From contig CAKOWI010000006.1 of assembly GCA_934122275.1 (NCBI GenBank), positions 39,362 to 71,361 on the forward strand: a stretch of DNA of 32,000 bases, read 5' to 3'. Numbering within the stretch: the stretch's first letter is position 1; each line of letters opens with the position of its first letter. A program made the position numbers and the translations under genes. Below the pieces are notes generated by a model. It was not told the origin of the DNA. It was given only the letters and a program-made list of their open reading frames with translations, and made no database searches. Positions 21,083 to 28,898 of the stretch are shown one piece after another. This stretch comes from an uncultured Bacilli bacterium. GTDB lineage: Bacteria > Bacillota_I > Bacilli_A > RF39 > UBA660.

Positions 21083-22377
21083 GTGTAGAAAAGATTATTG
21101 TTGCTATTATAGCAGCCTTGTTTCAAAGTATTGCAACTACTTTTTTAGTATGTAAGCAAATTAGTTGTTCTGATAAAAAGAAGATATCGAAGTTTTTGTT
21201 GTTTGCATTTTTGTATTTTATTGCTGTATATCTATTTATACCTAATGCCGCAAGATTTATAATGTTTATTATTTCAATTTCTTTAATAACGTTTTTTGTA
21301 ATGAAAATTAAGGATTTGAACTCTGTTATATATGCATTTAATGCTGAGATGATATTAGCAGTATCCGAAATATTTATATCTCTCGTTTTAGTATTAGTTG
21401 GAATAAATTCAAAAGAAATAGTTACTAATAGTGGTTATAATCTAATAGCAAATATATTAATCTCTATTTTAGCAGTTCTTATTATGAGTTTAGAATATAT
21501 AAGAAAATTATTAGCTAAAGAAGTCGAAATAATAAATAAAAAAAGAGTAATAAAGATATATATATTAATAATATTTTTGGCAGTATATTTTTTAGTATTA
21601 AAAAACGGATTTGAATTTTTAGCGAAGTCTAATTATTACATTAATATTTTATTTATATTATTTTCAGTACTAGTATTAACAATGATAATGAGAAATGAAC
21701 TTAAATATAATCAATTAGAAGAAGAAAATAAAAATATGCTTAATTATGTTACCAAATATGAAAAAATAATAACTGAAAAAGGTAAAGCAAATCATGAATT
21801 TAAAAATCAGTTAATGGTAATAAGAGGATATGCACAGATGAATTCACCTAAGCTAATTGAATATATTGATTCGCTTACGGTAGACGCAAATAAAACTTAT
21901 AGTAGTTATTTAATAAGTCAGTTAAATAAATTTCCAGATGGTGGATTAAAAGGATTGTTATACTATAAATTATCAATAATGGAAGACTGCAACATATCAT
22001 ATGATATAAACGTAGAAAATGGTGTTAAAACAAAATTAAAAAGTTTGGGTGTCAAAGAGCATAAAAATCTTACTAAAATTTTAGGTGTTTTGTTAGATAA
22101 TGCAATAGATGCAAGTAAAAAGTGTAAAAATAAAAAGATAATAATAGAAGTTAGTATGGAGAAGAATAAGATTATATTTAATATTCAAAACACATATAAG
22201 GGTGATATTAATCTTAATATGATAGGTACTGGTTATTCTGCTAAAGGAAAAGGTCATGGTTTTGGATTAAGATTAGTAAAAGATATAATAGAAAAAGAAG
22301 AAATATTTGAATTAGAAAATAAAGTTGAAGATGGATATTATGTATCTGAACTTAAAATAAAAAAGAAAAAAAGTTAA
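21079..22377 (+). CDS. AgrC-like (HPK10) membrane sensor histidine kinase
   Basis: About 6 N-terminal TM helices, H-box ANHEFKNQLMVIRGY, N-box LLDNAIDAS and G-box GTGYSAKGKGHGFGLRLV. Confidence 0.85.
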   Translation: MSVEKIIVAIIAALFQSIATTFLVCKQISCSDKKKISKFLLFAFLYFIAVYLFIPNAARFIMFIISISLITFFVMKIKDLNSVIYAFNAEMILAVSEIFISLVLVLVGINSKEIVTNSGYNLIANILISILAVLIMSLEYIRKLLAKEVEIINKKRVIKIYILIIFLAVYFLVLKNGFEFLAKSNYYINILFILFSVLVLTMIMRNELKYNQLEEENKNMLNYVTKYEKIITEKGKANHEFKNQLMVIRGYAQMNSPKLIEYIDSLTVDANKTYSSYLISQLNKFPDGGLKGLLYYKLSIMEDCNISYDINVENGVKTKLKSLGVKEHKNLTKILGVLLDNAIDASKKCKNKKIIIEVSMEKNKIIFNIQNTYKGDINLNMIGTGYSAKGKGHGFGLRLVKDIIEKEEIFELENKVEDGYYVSELKIKKKKS

Positions 22378-22386
22378 ACTCTAATT

Positions 22387-22444
22387 AAAAAGAACTATAT
22401 GTTATATTTTATGAATTTTTAAGATATTAACATATAGTTCTTTT
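22387..22444. terminator. Long inverted repeat between convergent agrC-like and agrD genes
   Basis: AAAAGAACTATATGTTA (22387-22403) pairs with TAACATATAGTTCTTTT (22428-22444) across a loop of about 24 nt; T-runs on both sides. Confidence 0.45.
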
Positions 22445-22516
22445 AAAGTTAAAACCCTGTTTATTATACATAAAGGAGCTTAATTTTTATAAAAAGAATA
22501 TAGAAAAGAGATAATA

Positions 22517-22540
22517 AAACCTATAAGTTTTTATAGGTTT
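22517..22540 (-). terminator. Rho-independent terminator of agrBD transcript
   Basis: AAACCTATAA-GTTT-TTATAGGTTT, 15 nt past the agrD stop. The minus-strand reading is followed by TTTTATTAT. Confidence 0.6.
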
Positions 22541-22554
22541 TATAACTTAGATAA

Positions 22555-22680
22555 TTATCTTTCAATCATTGATTTTGGCATTTCTGGTTCATCAATAAAT
22601 ATTGCAAGGCATCCACTTGTTGCAGTAGCAGCTACTAATGCACCAATAGCAGATATTGCAGAAATAAATAGTGCTTTCAT
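22555..22680 (-). CDS. agrD: AgrD autoinducing-peptide precursor (41 aa)
   Basis: Not in the ORF track. My minus-strand translation is MKALFISAISAIGALVAATATSGCLAIFIDEPEMPKSMIER: an amphipathic leader, Cys plus 4 residues (CLAIF), then an acidic IDEPEMPKS tail like the staphylococcal and clostridial AgrD DE(P/V)E(V/E)PK motif. GGAAGGAG SD upstream, 47 nt downstream of agrB. Confidence 0.8.
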   Translation of the reverse strand: MKALFISAISAIGALVAATATSGCLAIFIDEPEMPKSMIER

Positions 22681-22727
22681 TGTTAGTTCTCCTTCCATAC
22701 ATTTTTTATTTAATCACTTAGTTTTAA

Positions 22728-23333
22728 TTAAGTGTTTAAACCATATTTTTTATAGTTATTATAAGGCATATTAAATATTTTATATGTTAATGGATTAATT
22801 AGTATGCACTCAATAATAAGTCCAATTATTAAACAATTTTTGATTAAGTTATTATCAATTACTAGTGATAATATAAAATATAGAGTGACCACTAAAACAG
22901 ATAATAATTTAAATATGTTTCTTTTTTTCTTTTTGATAAGAGGTCTTTTAACTGTATCAGCAGGTGCATAAATTATAACTATTATTAATACAACTAAGTA
23001 TAGTAGATATAATAAATAATCATTTATCGATACATATTTGCATAAGTATGTTCCTAGTATAAATATGCTACTTGAAAATACTAAGCATATCCAGCTTTTA
23101 TTCGCATGCATACCAAATGCAAATAATCTTATAAAATTATATGTCAGTAATAGAAGTAACATCTCCTTAATTATTCCTAATATGATAGCTATAGTAAATA
23201 TAACTATGCACTTAGTAATAGTTAGATATATACCTTCAATTCCATACATTATTTCATCTAATTTATCATTTGAATAATCTGGATATTGTTTGCTTATCAA
23301 AGCTCTCATTTTTTTTAGAAAACGCTTTTTCAT
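22728..23333 (-). CDS. agrB: AgrB accessory gene regulator (AgrD-processing membrane peptidase)
   Basis: 201-aa multi-TM protein with IRLFAFGMHANKSWIC (catalytic His...Cys spacing as in S. aureus AgrB RRHAHGAHAPSSFWC) and IYAPADTVKRPL (YAPAATKKKP). Confidence 0.88.
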   Translation of the reverse strand: MKKRFLKKMRALISKQYPDYSNDKLDEIMYGIEGIYLTITKCIVIFTIAIILGIIKEMLLLLLTYNFIRLFAFGMHANKSWICLVFSSSIFILGTYLCKYVSINDYLLYLLYLVVLIIVIIYAPADTVKRPLIKKKKRNIFKLLSVLVVTLYFILSLVIDNNLIKNCLIIGLIIECILINPLTYKIFNMPYNNYKKYGLNT

Positions 23334-23641
23334 ACATCACCTCGTTTTTCTAAATTACAGTTATATTTTATATCATTTTTTTCACTTTTTTTTATATTTA
23401 TGTAGAGATGTAATGTATTAAAATCAGAACTAATATATATTAGAAAATTGTAATAAAAAATGCATTTTGTATACAAAAAACGACACTTTATGCAAAAAAA
23501 TATTCTTATATTAAATATGTGTTTATTATTAGAATGCAAATTGCAAAATTTGTCGAAATTTGTAGGACGAATAAAGTTGAATTTATAGTCCAAAAAGAGT
23601 TATATTAGTTGTGTAAGCAATAAGGGAAGTGAGGTGTTAGT

Positions 23642-23863
23642 GTGAGAATAGGCAAGATCAAATGGTTCAATAACGAAAAAGGTTATGGCTTCATCGATGG
23701 CAATAATGGTGAAGATATATTTGTGCATTATTCTGCAATTAAACAGGATGGCTACAAAAGTCTTTCAGAAGGTCAAATAGTTGAATATGAATTATTAGAA
23801 ACCGAAAAAGGATTACAAGCTATTAATGTTAAGGAAGTGTCAAACGCTACTGTAAAACAGTAG
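23642..23863 (+). CDS. Cold-shock protein (CspA family)
   Basis: [15 protein letters not shown] (RNP1) and DIFVHYSAI (RNP2). GTG start with a GTGAGGTG SD. Confidence 0.93.
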   Translation: MRIGKIKWFNNEKGYGFIDGNNGEDIFVHYSAIKQDGYKSLSEGQIVEYELLETEKGLQAINVKEVSNATVKQ

Positions 23864-23869
23864 CGTTTG
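23841..23869 (+). terminator. Perfect 12-bp stem hairpin overlapping csp stop
   Basis: CAAACGCTACTG-TAAAA-CAGTAGCGTTTG; the stop TAG (23861-23863) lies in the 3' arm. Confidence 0.7.
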
Positions 23870-23910
23870 TCCTTGTTATATGTTATAATATTTTCGGGAG
23901 GATTGATAAT

Positions 23911-24441
23911 ATGAGATATATCATAAGAGGAGAAAAAGTAGAAATAACTGATTCTATTAAAACTTATATAAAGGAGAAAATTAATAAATTAGATAAGTAT
24001 TTTGAAGAACCAAACGAAATTAATGCAATGGTGGTAATAAAGGTTCGTGGTAAAGAACAAAAAATTGAGATAACTATACCAACAGTTCATTATACGTTAA
24101 GAAGTGAAGAATCTCATGATGATTTATATGCTGCAATTGATCTTACAGTGGATAAATTAGAAAGACAAATTAGAAAAAATAAAACTAAAATCAATTCTAA
24201 AATAAAGAAAGATTTAATTAAAAACTTTGAATTTGATTTAGCTGATGATTTTGAAGATGATAATATGAAGATATTAAAGAGAAAAAAAGTTGATGCTAAA
24301 CCAATGGATGAGGAAGAAGCTATCTTACAAATGAATATGCTAGGTCATTCGTTCTTTGTATTTAAGGATGTAGATACAGGTGGTATAAGTGTAGTATATG
24401 AAAGAAAAGATGGTAATTACGGAATTATTGAAACAAAATAG
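23911..24441 (+). CDS. hpf: Ribosome hibernation promoting factor (long HPF)
   Basis: MRYIIRGEKVEITDSIKTYIKEKINKLDKYF N-terminal domain plus the C-terminal dimerisation domain (KPMDEEEAILQMNMLGHSFFVFKDVDTGGISVVYERKDGNYGIIE). Located upstream of secA as in Bacillus. Confidence 0.93.
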   Translation: MRYIIRGEKVEITDSIKTYIKEKINKLDKYFEEPNEINAMVVIKVRGKEQKIEITIPTVHYTLRSEESHDDLYAAIDLTVDKLERQIRKNKTKINSKIKKDLIKNFEFDLADDFEDDNMKILKRKKVDAKPMDEEEAILQMNMLGHSFFVFKDVDTGGISVVYERKDGNYGIIETK

Positions 24442-24525
24442 TAATAAACTTATATGAAAATAATTAATATGCTTTAATTATTTTCTTTTTTTTGTTAAAA
24501 TATCTTATAAGGAGATGATTACATC

Positions 24526-27018
24526 GTGAAATTATTTAAAAGATTATTTGATCATGAATATAAAGAATTAGAAAAGTTTAAAAAAATAGCAGATGAAATA
24601 TTTGCTTTAGATGAAAAATATGCAAAGATGAGTGATAAACAATTACAAGCATGCACTAAAAAGTTAAAGAAAAGATTATCAGATGGAGAAACAGTTGATG
24701 ACATAGTTACTGATGCTTTCGCTCTTGTTAGAGAAGCTTCATACCGTGTTATAGGCGAAAAACCATTTTATGTACAAGTGTTAGGTGCACTTGCAATTCA
24801 TTTTGGTAATATTGCTGAAATGAAAACTGGTGAAGGTAAAACTTTAACTTGTGTTATGCCTGCTTATTTAAATGCATTAACTGAAAAGGGTGTTCATGTT
24901 GTTACTGTAAATGAGTATTTAGCAACACGTGATGCTAAATGGATGGGACAGATATATGAATTTCTTGGTTTAACGGTTGCTATAAATTTAAGAGAGATGT
25001 CTTCTAAAGAGAAAAAAGAAGCTTACAATGCTGATATTTTATACTCTACTAATAATGAATTAGGTTTTGACTATTTAAGAGATAATATGGTAGTTGATGC
25101 AGAAGATAGAGTTCAAAGACCACTTAATTTTGCAATAATAGATGAGGTAGACTCTGTATTAATAGATGAGGCTAGAACACCACTTATTATATCTGGTGGA
25201 GTTATGAAATCAGCTAATCTTTATAAGGATTCTGATAGATATGTTAAGACATTAAAAGAAAATGAAGATTATACAATAGATGCTAAAACAAAGGACATAA
25301 CTTTAACTGATCAAGGAACTGCAAAGGCAGAAAAGTACTTTAGATTAGATAATTTATATGATATTGAACATTCTGCATTGGTACACCACATAAATCAAGC
25401 ACTTAAAGCAAATTATACAATGCATAATGATGTTGATTATGTTGTACAAGATGGAAAAGTTGTAATTGTAGACCAATTTACAGGAAGACTTATGCCTGGT
25501 AGAGCATTTTCCGATGGTCTTCATCAAGCTATAGAAGCTAAGGAAAATGTTGAGGTTCAGGAAGAAACTAAAACCCTTGCAACTATTACGTTCCAAAATT
25601 ACTTTAGAATGTATGAAAAATTATCTGGTATGACTGGTACTGCTAAAACCGAGGAGGAAGAGTTTAGAAATATTTATAATATGTTTGTTATACAAATACC
25701 AACTAATTTGCCAGTAATAAGACAAGATGCAACAGATTTAATTTATTCATCAAAAGAAGAAAAATATAAAGCAATAATTGCCGAAATAAAAAAGAGACAC
25801 GAAACAGGTCAACCTATATTAGTAGGTACAATTGCCATTGAAACCAACGAATTACTTAGTGAATTATTAAAGAAGGCACATATAAAACATGAAGTATTAA
25901 ATGCTAAAAACCATGCTAGAGAAGCTGAAATAATTGCTAAAGCAGGAGAAAAGGGTGCAGTTACTATTGCAACAAATATGGCTGGACGTGGTACTGATAT
26001 TAAGCTTGGAGAAGGTGTTAAAGAATTAGGTGGTTTATGTGTAATAGGAACAGAAAGACATGAATCAAGACGTATAGATAACCAGTTAAGAGGTCGTTCA
26101 GGTCGTCAAGGAGATCCTGGATACAGTCAATTTTTTGTTTCATTTGAAGATGAATTGATGGTAAGATTTGGTACAGATAGATTTAAAACAATACTTGAAA
26201 TGGCAGGTTTAGATAGTCAAAGAAATATGCGTAGTAAAACTATTACAAGATCAGTTGAAACCGCACAAAAGAGGGTTGAGGGAAATAACTTTGATGCTCG
26301 TAAACATTTATTACAATATGATGATGTAATGGGAAAACACCGTGAAATTATGTATGCAAAAAGAAATACGATATTAGATGCTGACGATGTTCATAGTTAC
26401 GTAATAGATACAATAAAAGAACATATTGAAATAGTTGTAAGAAGACATATTAATGAACATGGTGTTATTATTGAAGCTGATTGTAATGAAATAGTAGAAT
26501 ATGTTAATGAAAATTTACTTAATAAATCTAATTTAAAATTATCAGAAATACTAAATAAAGAAGTAAATGAAATAATTGAAGTCATAACCGAAAAAGTTTT
26601 AAATGAGTATGAGAATAAAATAAATGAATTACCTGATGAAATAAGAAGAGACTTTGAAAAAGCTATAAGCTTACAAGTTATTGATAATTACTGGATGGAA
26701 CATATTAATACTATGGATCATTTAAGAGAAGGTGTTTCTCTAAGAGGGTATGCTAATGAGGATCCACTTCAAGCTTATATAAGAGAAGGATTTGAATTAT
26801 TTGATAAAATGCTTGATAATATTTGTAAAGATACTACTTTATATCTATTAAAAGCTGAAATAAGACAAAATTTACAAGCTAAACAAGTAAAAGGAAATAC
26901 AAATGAAGCTAGAGATTTCTCTTCAAGAAAGCCTATTAAAAAGGGAAAAAAGGTAGGACGTAATGATCCGTGTCCTTGCGGAAGTGGTAAGAAGTACAAA
27001 CAGTGCTGTGGCAAATAG
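24526..27018 (+). CDS. secA: Preprotein translocase ATPase SecA
   Basis: 830 aa with Walker A MKTGEGKTL, DEVDSVLIDEARTPLIISG, TNMAGRGTDIKLG and a C-terminal zinc motif CPCGSGKKYKQCCG. GTG start with an AAGGAGATGA SD. Confidence 0.97.
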   Translation: MKLFKRLFDHEYKELEKFKKIADEIFALDEKYAKMSDKQLQACTKKLKKRLSDGETVDDIVTDAFALVREASYRVIGEKPFYVQVLGALAIHFGNIAEMKTGEGKTLTCVMPAYLNALTEKGVHVVTVNEYLATRDAKWMGQIYEFLGLTVAINLREMSSKEKKEAYNADILYSTNNELGFDYLRDNMVVDAEDRVQRPLNFAIIDEVDSVLIDEARTPLIISGGVMKSANLYKDSDRYVKTLKENEDYTIDAKTKDITLTDQGTAKAEKYFRLDNLYDIEHSALVHHINQALKANYTMHNDVDYVVQDGKVVIVDQFTGRLMPGRAFSDGLHQAIEAKENVEVQEETKTLATITFQNYFRMYEKLSGMTGTAKTEEEEFRNIYNMFVIQIPTNLPVIRQDATDLIYSSKEEKYKAIIAEIKKRHETGQPILVGTIAIETNELLSELLKKAHIKHEVLNAKNHAREAEIIAKAGEKGAVTIATNMAGRGTDIKLGEGVKELGGLCVIGTERHESRRIDNQLRGRSGRQGDPGYSQFFVSFEDELMVRFGTDRFKTILEMAGLDSQRNMRSKTITRSVETAQKRVEGNNFDARKHLLQYDDVMGKHREIMYAKRNTILDADDVHSYVIDTIKEHIEIVVRRHINEHGVIIEADCNEIVEYVNENLLNKSNLKLSEILNKEVNEIIEVITEKVLNEYENKINELPDEIRRDFEKAISLQVIDNYWMEHINTMDHLREGVSLRGYANEDPLQAYIREGFELFDKMLDNICKDTTLYLLKAEIRQNLQAKQVKGNTNEARDFSSRKPIKKGKKVGRNDPCPCGSGKKYKQCCGK

Positions 27019-27078
27019 CCCATAAAATAAGGGTTTGCGAGATTTGAAAGGACTAAAAAAAGGTTGAAAAAACCTCAA

Positions 27079-27178
27079 ATGTTTGTAAATTGTTTGTAAA
27101 AATTACAAAATGTTTGTAAAATAGTTCTCAAACCCTTATAAAATAATGAAAAAAATTTACAAACATTTTTACAAACAA
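27079..27178. repeat. Array of five 11-bp (A/T)TGTTTGTAAA motifs (3 direct, 2 inverted) at the island junction
   Basis: ATGTTTGTAAA at 27079-27089, TTGTTTGTAAA at 27090-27100 and ATGTTTGTAAA at 27110-27120. Inverted TTTACAAACAT at 27156-27166 and TTTACAAACAA at 27168-27178. The first three copies are bracketed by the inverted repeat ATAAGGGTTTG(C)GAG (27027-27041) / CTCAAACCCTTAT (27127-27139). Confidence 0.6.
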
Positions 27179-27241
27179 AATAAATACTAGCAATTTGCTG
27201 GTATTTTTTCATTTGCTAAGCAATTAGTGGAGAAAAAAATT

Positions 27242-27544
27242 ATGGGAAATGTTTATGTTCAAAAAAGGGGAAAGGTATATCAATATCAATTTGCGATAGC
27301 ATCTATTGATGGTAAAAGAAAATATAAAAACAAGTCAGGATTTAGGACTAAGTCAGAAGCTATTGAGGCAGGAGTAAAGGCATACAATGAATATATAAAT
27401 GTGGGACACTGTATAGAACCAAGCAAAATGTCTTATAGTGATTATTTAGATTATTGGATGAAAGAGCATTGTGAAATAAATTTAAAGTATCACACCATAG
27501 AAGCATACAAAAATATAATAAAAAATCATATTGTTAATGATATT
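27242..27544 (+). pseudogene. 5' stub (~100 codons) of a tyrosine recombinase/phage-type integrase
   Basis: MGNVYVQKRGKVYQYQFAIASIDGKRKYKNKSGFRTKSEAIEAGVKAYNEY (arm-binding AP2-like N-domain) plus SYSDYLDYWMKEHCEINLKYHTIEAYKNIIKNHI (start of the SAM-like core-binding domain). Recognisable sequence stops at about 27532 and the ORF drifts to a stop at 27613. No catalytic domain is present anywhere downstream. Confidence 0.7.
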
Positions 27545-27547
27545 ATA

Positions 27548-28511
27548 AGAATGTACAAAAAATGTAATATAAAAATGCACAATTTTGTACATTCTTTTGT
27601 TATACTTTTATAGACTTAGGAGGTATGACACAAAGGAAATAAATAAATTAAAACAGGAGTTATTAATAATGAAAACAAATAATATTAAACCAAATTATTC
27701 TGAACTAGCAAGATTGCATAGTTGTGATAGAAGGATCGTAAAAAAATAAGATAATGGATATGAGGGCAAACCAACTACTCGTGATAAAGAATCTAAATTA
27801 GATAAATATAAAGAAGAAATAAAATCAAAATTAGAAAAAATAAAAGAAAATATAGATCAATATATTGATTTAATAAATAATAAAAAGAAAGATGTTGTAG
27901 ATGCATTGTATGAATTAACAAATTAAGAAATAGAATTAAGGAATGAAAAAGCAATTTATGGATGTGTAAGAACAGCTGGTTTTTCATTTTTAAAAACTTT
28001 TGAAGATTTTGATTTTTCATTTTAACAATCAATTAATAATGAACAAATAATTGATTTTAACAATTTGAGATTTATAGAAAATAAAGAAAATATAATTTTT
28101 GTTGGAAGCCCAGGAGTTGGGAAAACACATTTAGCAACAACAATAGGAATAACTGCCACTCAAAATAGGAATTTTACATATTTTATAAATTGTAATGATT
28201 TAATAGCTAATTTAAAAAAAGCAAATTTTGAAAAAAGATTTATTAATCAAATTAATCACTATGCGAAATATAAAGTATTAGTAATCGATGAAGTCGGTTT
28301 CTTACCAGTTGATCCTGAGGGAGCGAAAATTTTATTTCAATTAATAAATAAAAGATATGAAAAACATTCGACAATAATAACAACTAATAAACCTTTTGGT
28401 AAGTGGCACGAAATATTTAATGATGTAACATTAGCAAATGCCATACTGGATAGATTATTACATCATTTTCATATTATTAATATAAACGGAAATTCATATC
28501 GTTTAAAAGAA
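27548..28511 (+). mobile_element. IS21-family remnant (istA' N-terminal stub fused to a damaged istB)
   Basis: 13-bp inverted repeat AGAATGTACAAAA / TTTTGTACATTCT (27548-27560 / 27583-27595) sits at the point where integrase homology ends. istA-like HTH region MKTNNIKPNYSELARLHSCDRRIVKK*DNGYEGKPTTRDKESKLDKYKEEIKSKLE starts at 27669. IstB-like ...ALYELTN*EIELRNEKAIYGCVRTAGFSFLKTFEDFDFSF*QSINNEQIIDFNNLRFIENKENIIFVGSPGVGKTHLA...VLVIDEVGFLP...TTNKPF..W...ILDRLLHH...NGNSYRLKE follows. In-frame TAA codons lie at 27747, 27924 and 28023. Element boundaries are uncertain. Confidence 0.65.
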
Positions 28512-28817
28512 ATAGATAATTTTTGCAAAGAAAATTTAAAAGTAGAACTTAATGCAAAAACTCAAATAGGTAAAGTAAAAAATGGTATAGACTTTTTAGG
28601 TTTTAGATTAATACTAACCGAAACAGGTAAAGTTGTAAAAAAGTTAAGAGGTTCTTCTAAAATAAGATTTAAAAGGTATTTAAAAAATCTAAAAAAATTA
28701 AAAAAAAAAGGAGTAATAGACACAGAATATGTAAATATAAGAAGAAATAGTTTTGCCTCCCGTATAAAGAGAACAGATGAAAGTAGGGCTTTTTTGAACA
28801 AAATAATGTCAGAATAA
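28512..28817 (+). pseudogene. 3' fragment (thumb region) of a reverse transcriptase (DGR / group-II-intron-like type)
   Basis: IDNFCKENLKVELNAKTQIGKVKNGIDFLGFRLILTETGKVVKKLRGSSKIRFKRYLKNLKKLKKKGVIDTEYV matches the RT domain-7/thumb pattern (..L.LN.KTQI....G.DFLG......TGKV..KLR..SK.R.K). It is fused in frame to the IstB remnant (track ORF 28065-28817 is this chimera). The palm/YxDD domains are absent. Confidence 0.6.
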
Positions 28818-28833
28818 TAAAAAAAAGTGTAAT

Positions 28834-28882
28834 TTTGCACGAATTTATAGGAACTTTCACGATTTTATGGTAAAATTATAAT
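28834..28882 (+). promoter_or_regulatory. Putative promoter/operator of the cassette: two direct repeats plus a -10
   Basis: TTTGCACGAATTTATAGG (28834-28851) and TTTCACGATTTTATGG (28855-28870) are direct repeats about 21 nt apart. TATAAT at 28877-28882 lies 17 nt before the ORF1 ATG. Confidence 0.4.
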
Positions 28883-28898
28883 GAGTGAGGTATAATAA

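Noticed and set aside
23357-23365. ACAGTTATA resembling an AgrA/LytTR half-site (ACAGTTAAG)
   Set aside because: It is a single copy with no partner repeat at ~21-nt spacing, and it lies only ~25 nt upstream of the agrB ATG (inside the likely 5' UTR), not at an activator position.
23465-23478. Perfect 14-bp palindrome TTTTGTATACAAAA in the agrB/csp intergenic region as an operator
   Set aside because: At this base composition I estimate several 14-bp palindromes per 32 kb by chance. It has no second copy and no known match.
23330-23593. 87-aa minus-strand ORF upstream of agrB
   Set aside because: It lies wholly in the AT-rich agrB/csp divergent promoter region. The sequence is low complexity (FNIRIFFCIKCRFLY...), there is no SD, and it overlaps the agrB start. 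It is most likely non-coding.
27061-27075. AGGTT-GAAAA-AACCT hairpin as the secA terminator
   Set aside because: It has only a 5-bp stem and no following T-run. It may contribute to termination, but I cannot call it a terminator.
27793-28032. 79-aa minus-strand ORF in the IS21 remnant (also 28562-28840 and 28669-28860 on the minus strand)
   Set aside because: They are antisense to recognisable IstA/IstB/RT-derived sequence, with repetitive hydrophobic translations and no SD.
28065-28817. 250-aa ORF that looks like an intact IstB-type ATPase gene
   Set aside because: It begins at an internal TTG of a longer frame already interrupted by three TAA codons. Its last ~100 aa are a reverse-transcriptase thumb, not IstB. 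I treat it as a chimeric pseudogene.
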